DNA of 64,000 nt, taken from Polyangiales bacterium. Its GTDB lineage: Bacteria > Myxococcota_A > Polyangia > Polyangiales > Polyangiaceae. The stretch spans positions 44,340 to 108,339 of the forward strand of contig JBBRLQ010000003.1 of NCBI GenBank assembly GCA_038231275.1, read 5' to 3'. The notes beneath the pieces are model-generated. The model worked only from the letters and a program-made list of their open reading frames with translations, made no database searches and was not told where the DNA came from. Position numbers and translations under genes: made by a program. How positions within the stretch are numbered: position 1 is the stretch's first letter; each line of letters starts with the position of its first letter. Of this stretch, positions 63,573-64,000 are shown in pieces.

Positions 63573-64000
63573 GTGGTGGACGAGATCCCGCTTTTGCTCG
63601 TCGCGCGGCTGCTCGACCTCGTCGAGGTCCAGTCCGTCGCCGACGCGGCGCTCCGCGGTCGGGTCGCCCTCGTCCCGCTCGAGGATCCGCCGCTCTCCCG
63701 GGAGAAGCACGCGCTCGTCGTCCACGCGCCGGGTCTGCCCGAGCCGATCGTGCTCAACGCGGTCCCCGCAGGCGACGAGACCGGCGGCCTCCATCCGCTG
63801 AAGCTCTCGCCGACGCGGAACGAGCAGATCCCCATGCTCCAGAAGTTGGTGGGACCTCAGAAGAGGACGACGCGCCCGCCGCCGCGCTCGGTTCGGCCGC
63901 GCGCCACCAAGCCGCCCGCGCGCGCCACGAAGCCGCCGCCCTCGCGCGGGTCGCGGCCCGATCGGGACGAGCGAACCTTGCCGGACGCGCGCGCCGATCC
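63573..64000 (+). CDS. hypothetical protein, 3'-partial, probably GTG-initiated; very tentative
   Basis: Not in the ORF track. Hand translation in the frame after TAA (63564-66) gives VVDEIPLLLVARLLDLVEVQSV...PMLQKLVGPQKRTTRPPP... with no stop to the window end. Coordinates are approximate. Confidence 0.3.
   Translation, partial: MVDEIPLLLVARLLDLVEVQSVADAALRGRVALVPLEDPPLSREKHALVVHAPGLPEPIVLNAVPAGDETGGLHPLKLSPTRNEQIPMLQKLVGPQKRTTRPPPRSVRPRATKPPARATKPPPSRGSRPDRDERTLPDARAD

Noticed and set aside
1-64000. tRNA, rRNA, CRISPR and mobile elements
   Set aside because: None of the following was seen: a cloverleaf-compatible conserved tRNA segment (GTTCRANYC-type T-arm in a suitable context), rDNA-like sequence, repeat-spacer arrays, or a transposase, integrase or recombinase. 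All the tandem repeats found are in-frame coding microsatellites.

Overview
This is a 64 kb, visibly very GC-rich (about 70% by eye, not computed) bacterial chromosomal segment that is densely coding on both strands. The gene content suggests a myxobacterium (Myxococcota): three Hanks-type Ser/Thr kinases including a giant kinase-NTPase-TPR protein, an FHA-domain sigma-54 enhancer-binding protein, two ECF sigma factors, and many secreted lipoproteins with low-complexity linkers. This taxon call is inference only. I found no rRNA, tRNA, CRISPR arrays, transposases or integrases.

Main blocks, in order:
- A caa3-type cytochrome c oxidase cluster (SCO1-coxB-coxA-coxC-coxD), preceded by a 5'-partial polytopic membrane protein that runs off the window start.
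- A TetR regulator divergent from a Coq4-like protein.
- An ECF41-type sigma factor operon.
- An FHA-sigma54 activator / Ser-Thr kinase / membrane-protein operon, divergent from a lipoprotein gene that carries a near-consensus -24/-12 promoter.
- A two-domain PPK2 (polyphosphate:AMP phosphotransferase).
- An ECF sigma / zinc anti-sigma / beta-helical-repeat membrane protein triad joined by ATGA start-stop overlaps.
- OsmC, an amine oxidase, a second Ser/Thr kinase and a medium-chain dehydrogenase/reductase.
- A complete sulfate-assimilation supercluster: cysDN plus an aminotransferase, cysH-sirC-cobA-sir, and sbp-cysTWA.
- A phosphotransferase-DUF6285-like-acyl-CoA dehydrogenase triad.
- A lipoprotein island that includes a cupredoxin-like protein.
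- An MFS transporter, hydrolases, dinB, a LysR regulator, a VWA lipoprotein, transaldolase and a tri-heme cytochrome c.

The most interesting non-coding signals are:
- the sigma-54 promoter next to the FHA activator gene;
- a 10-nt AT-rich core (TATAACGAAC, 9 of 12 nt shared with flanks) in the control regions of both sulfur operons;
- an in-frame TAA that splits an outer-membrane-protein-like gene at the head of the sulfate transporter operon;
- several in-frame microsatellites that encode TP, LLP, GSS and DANGTG peptide repeats.

All functions are assigned from motifs I recognise by eye in the supplied translations; no database search was possible. Where the first Met in the ORF track was clearly upstream of the true start, I recomputed the start by counting codons within the track ORF. 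Coordinates of non-coding motifs may be off by 1-2 nt.
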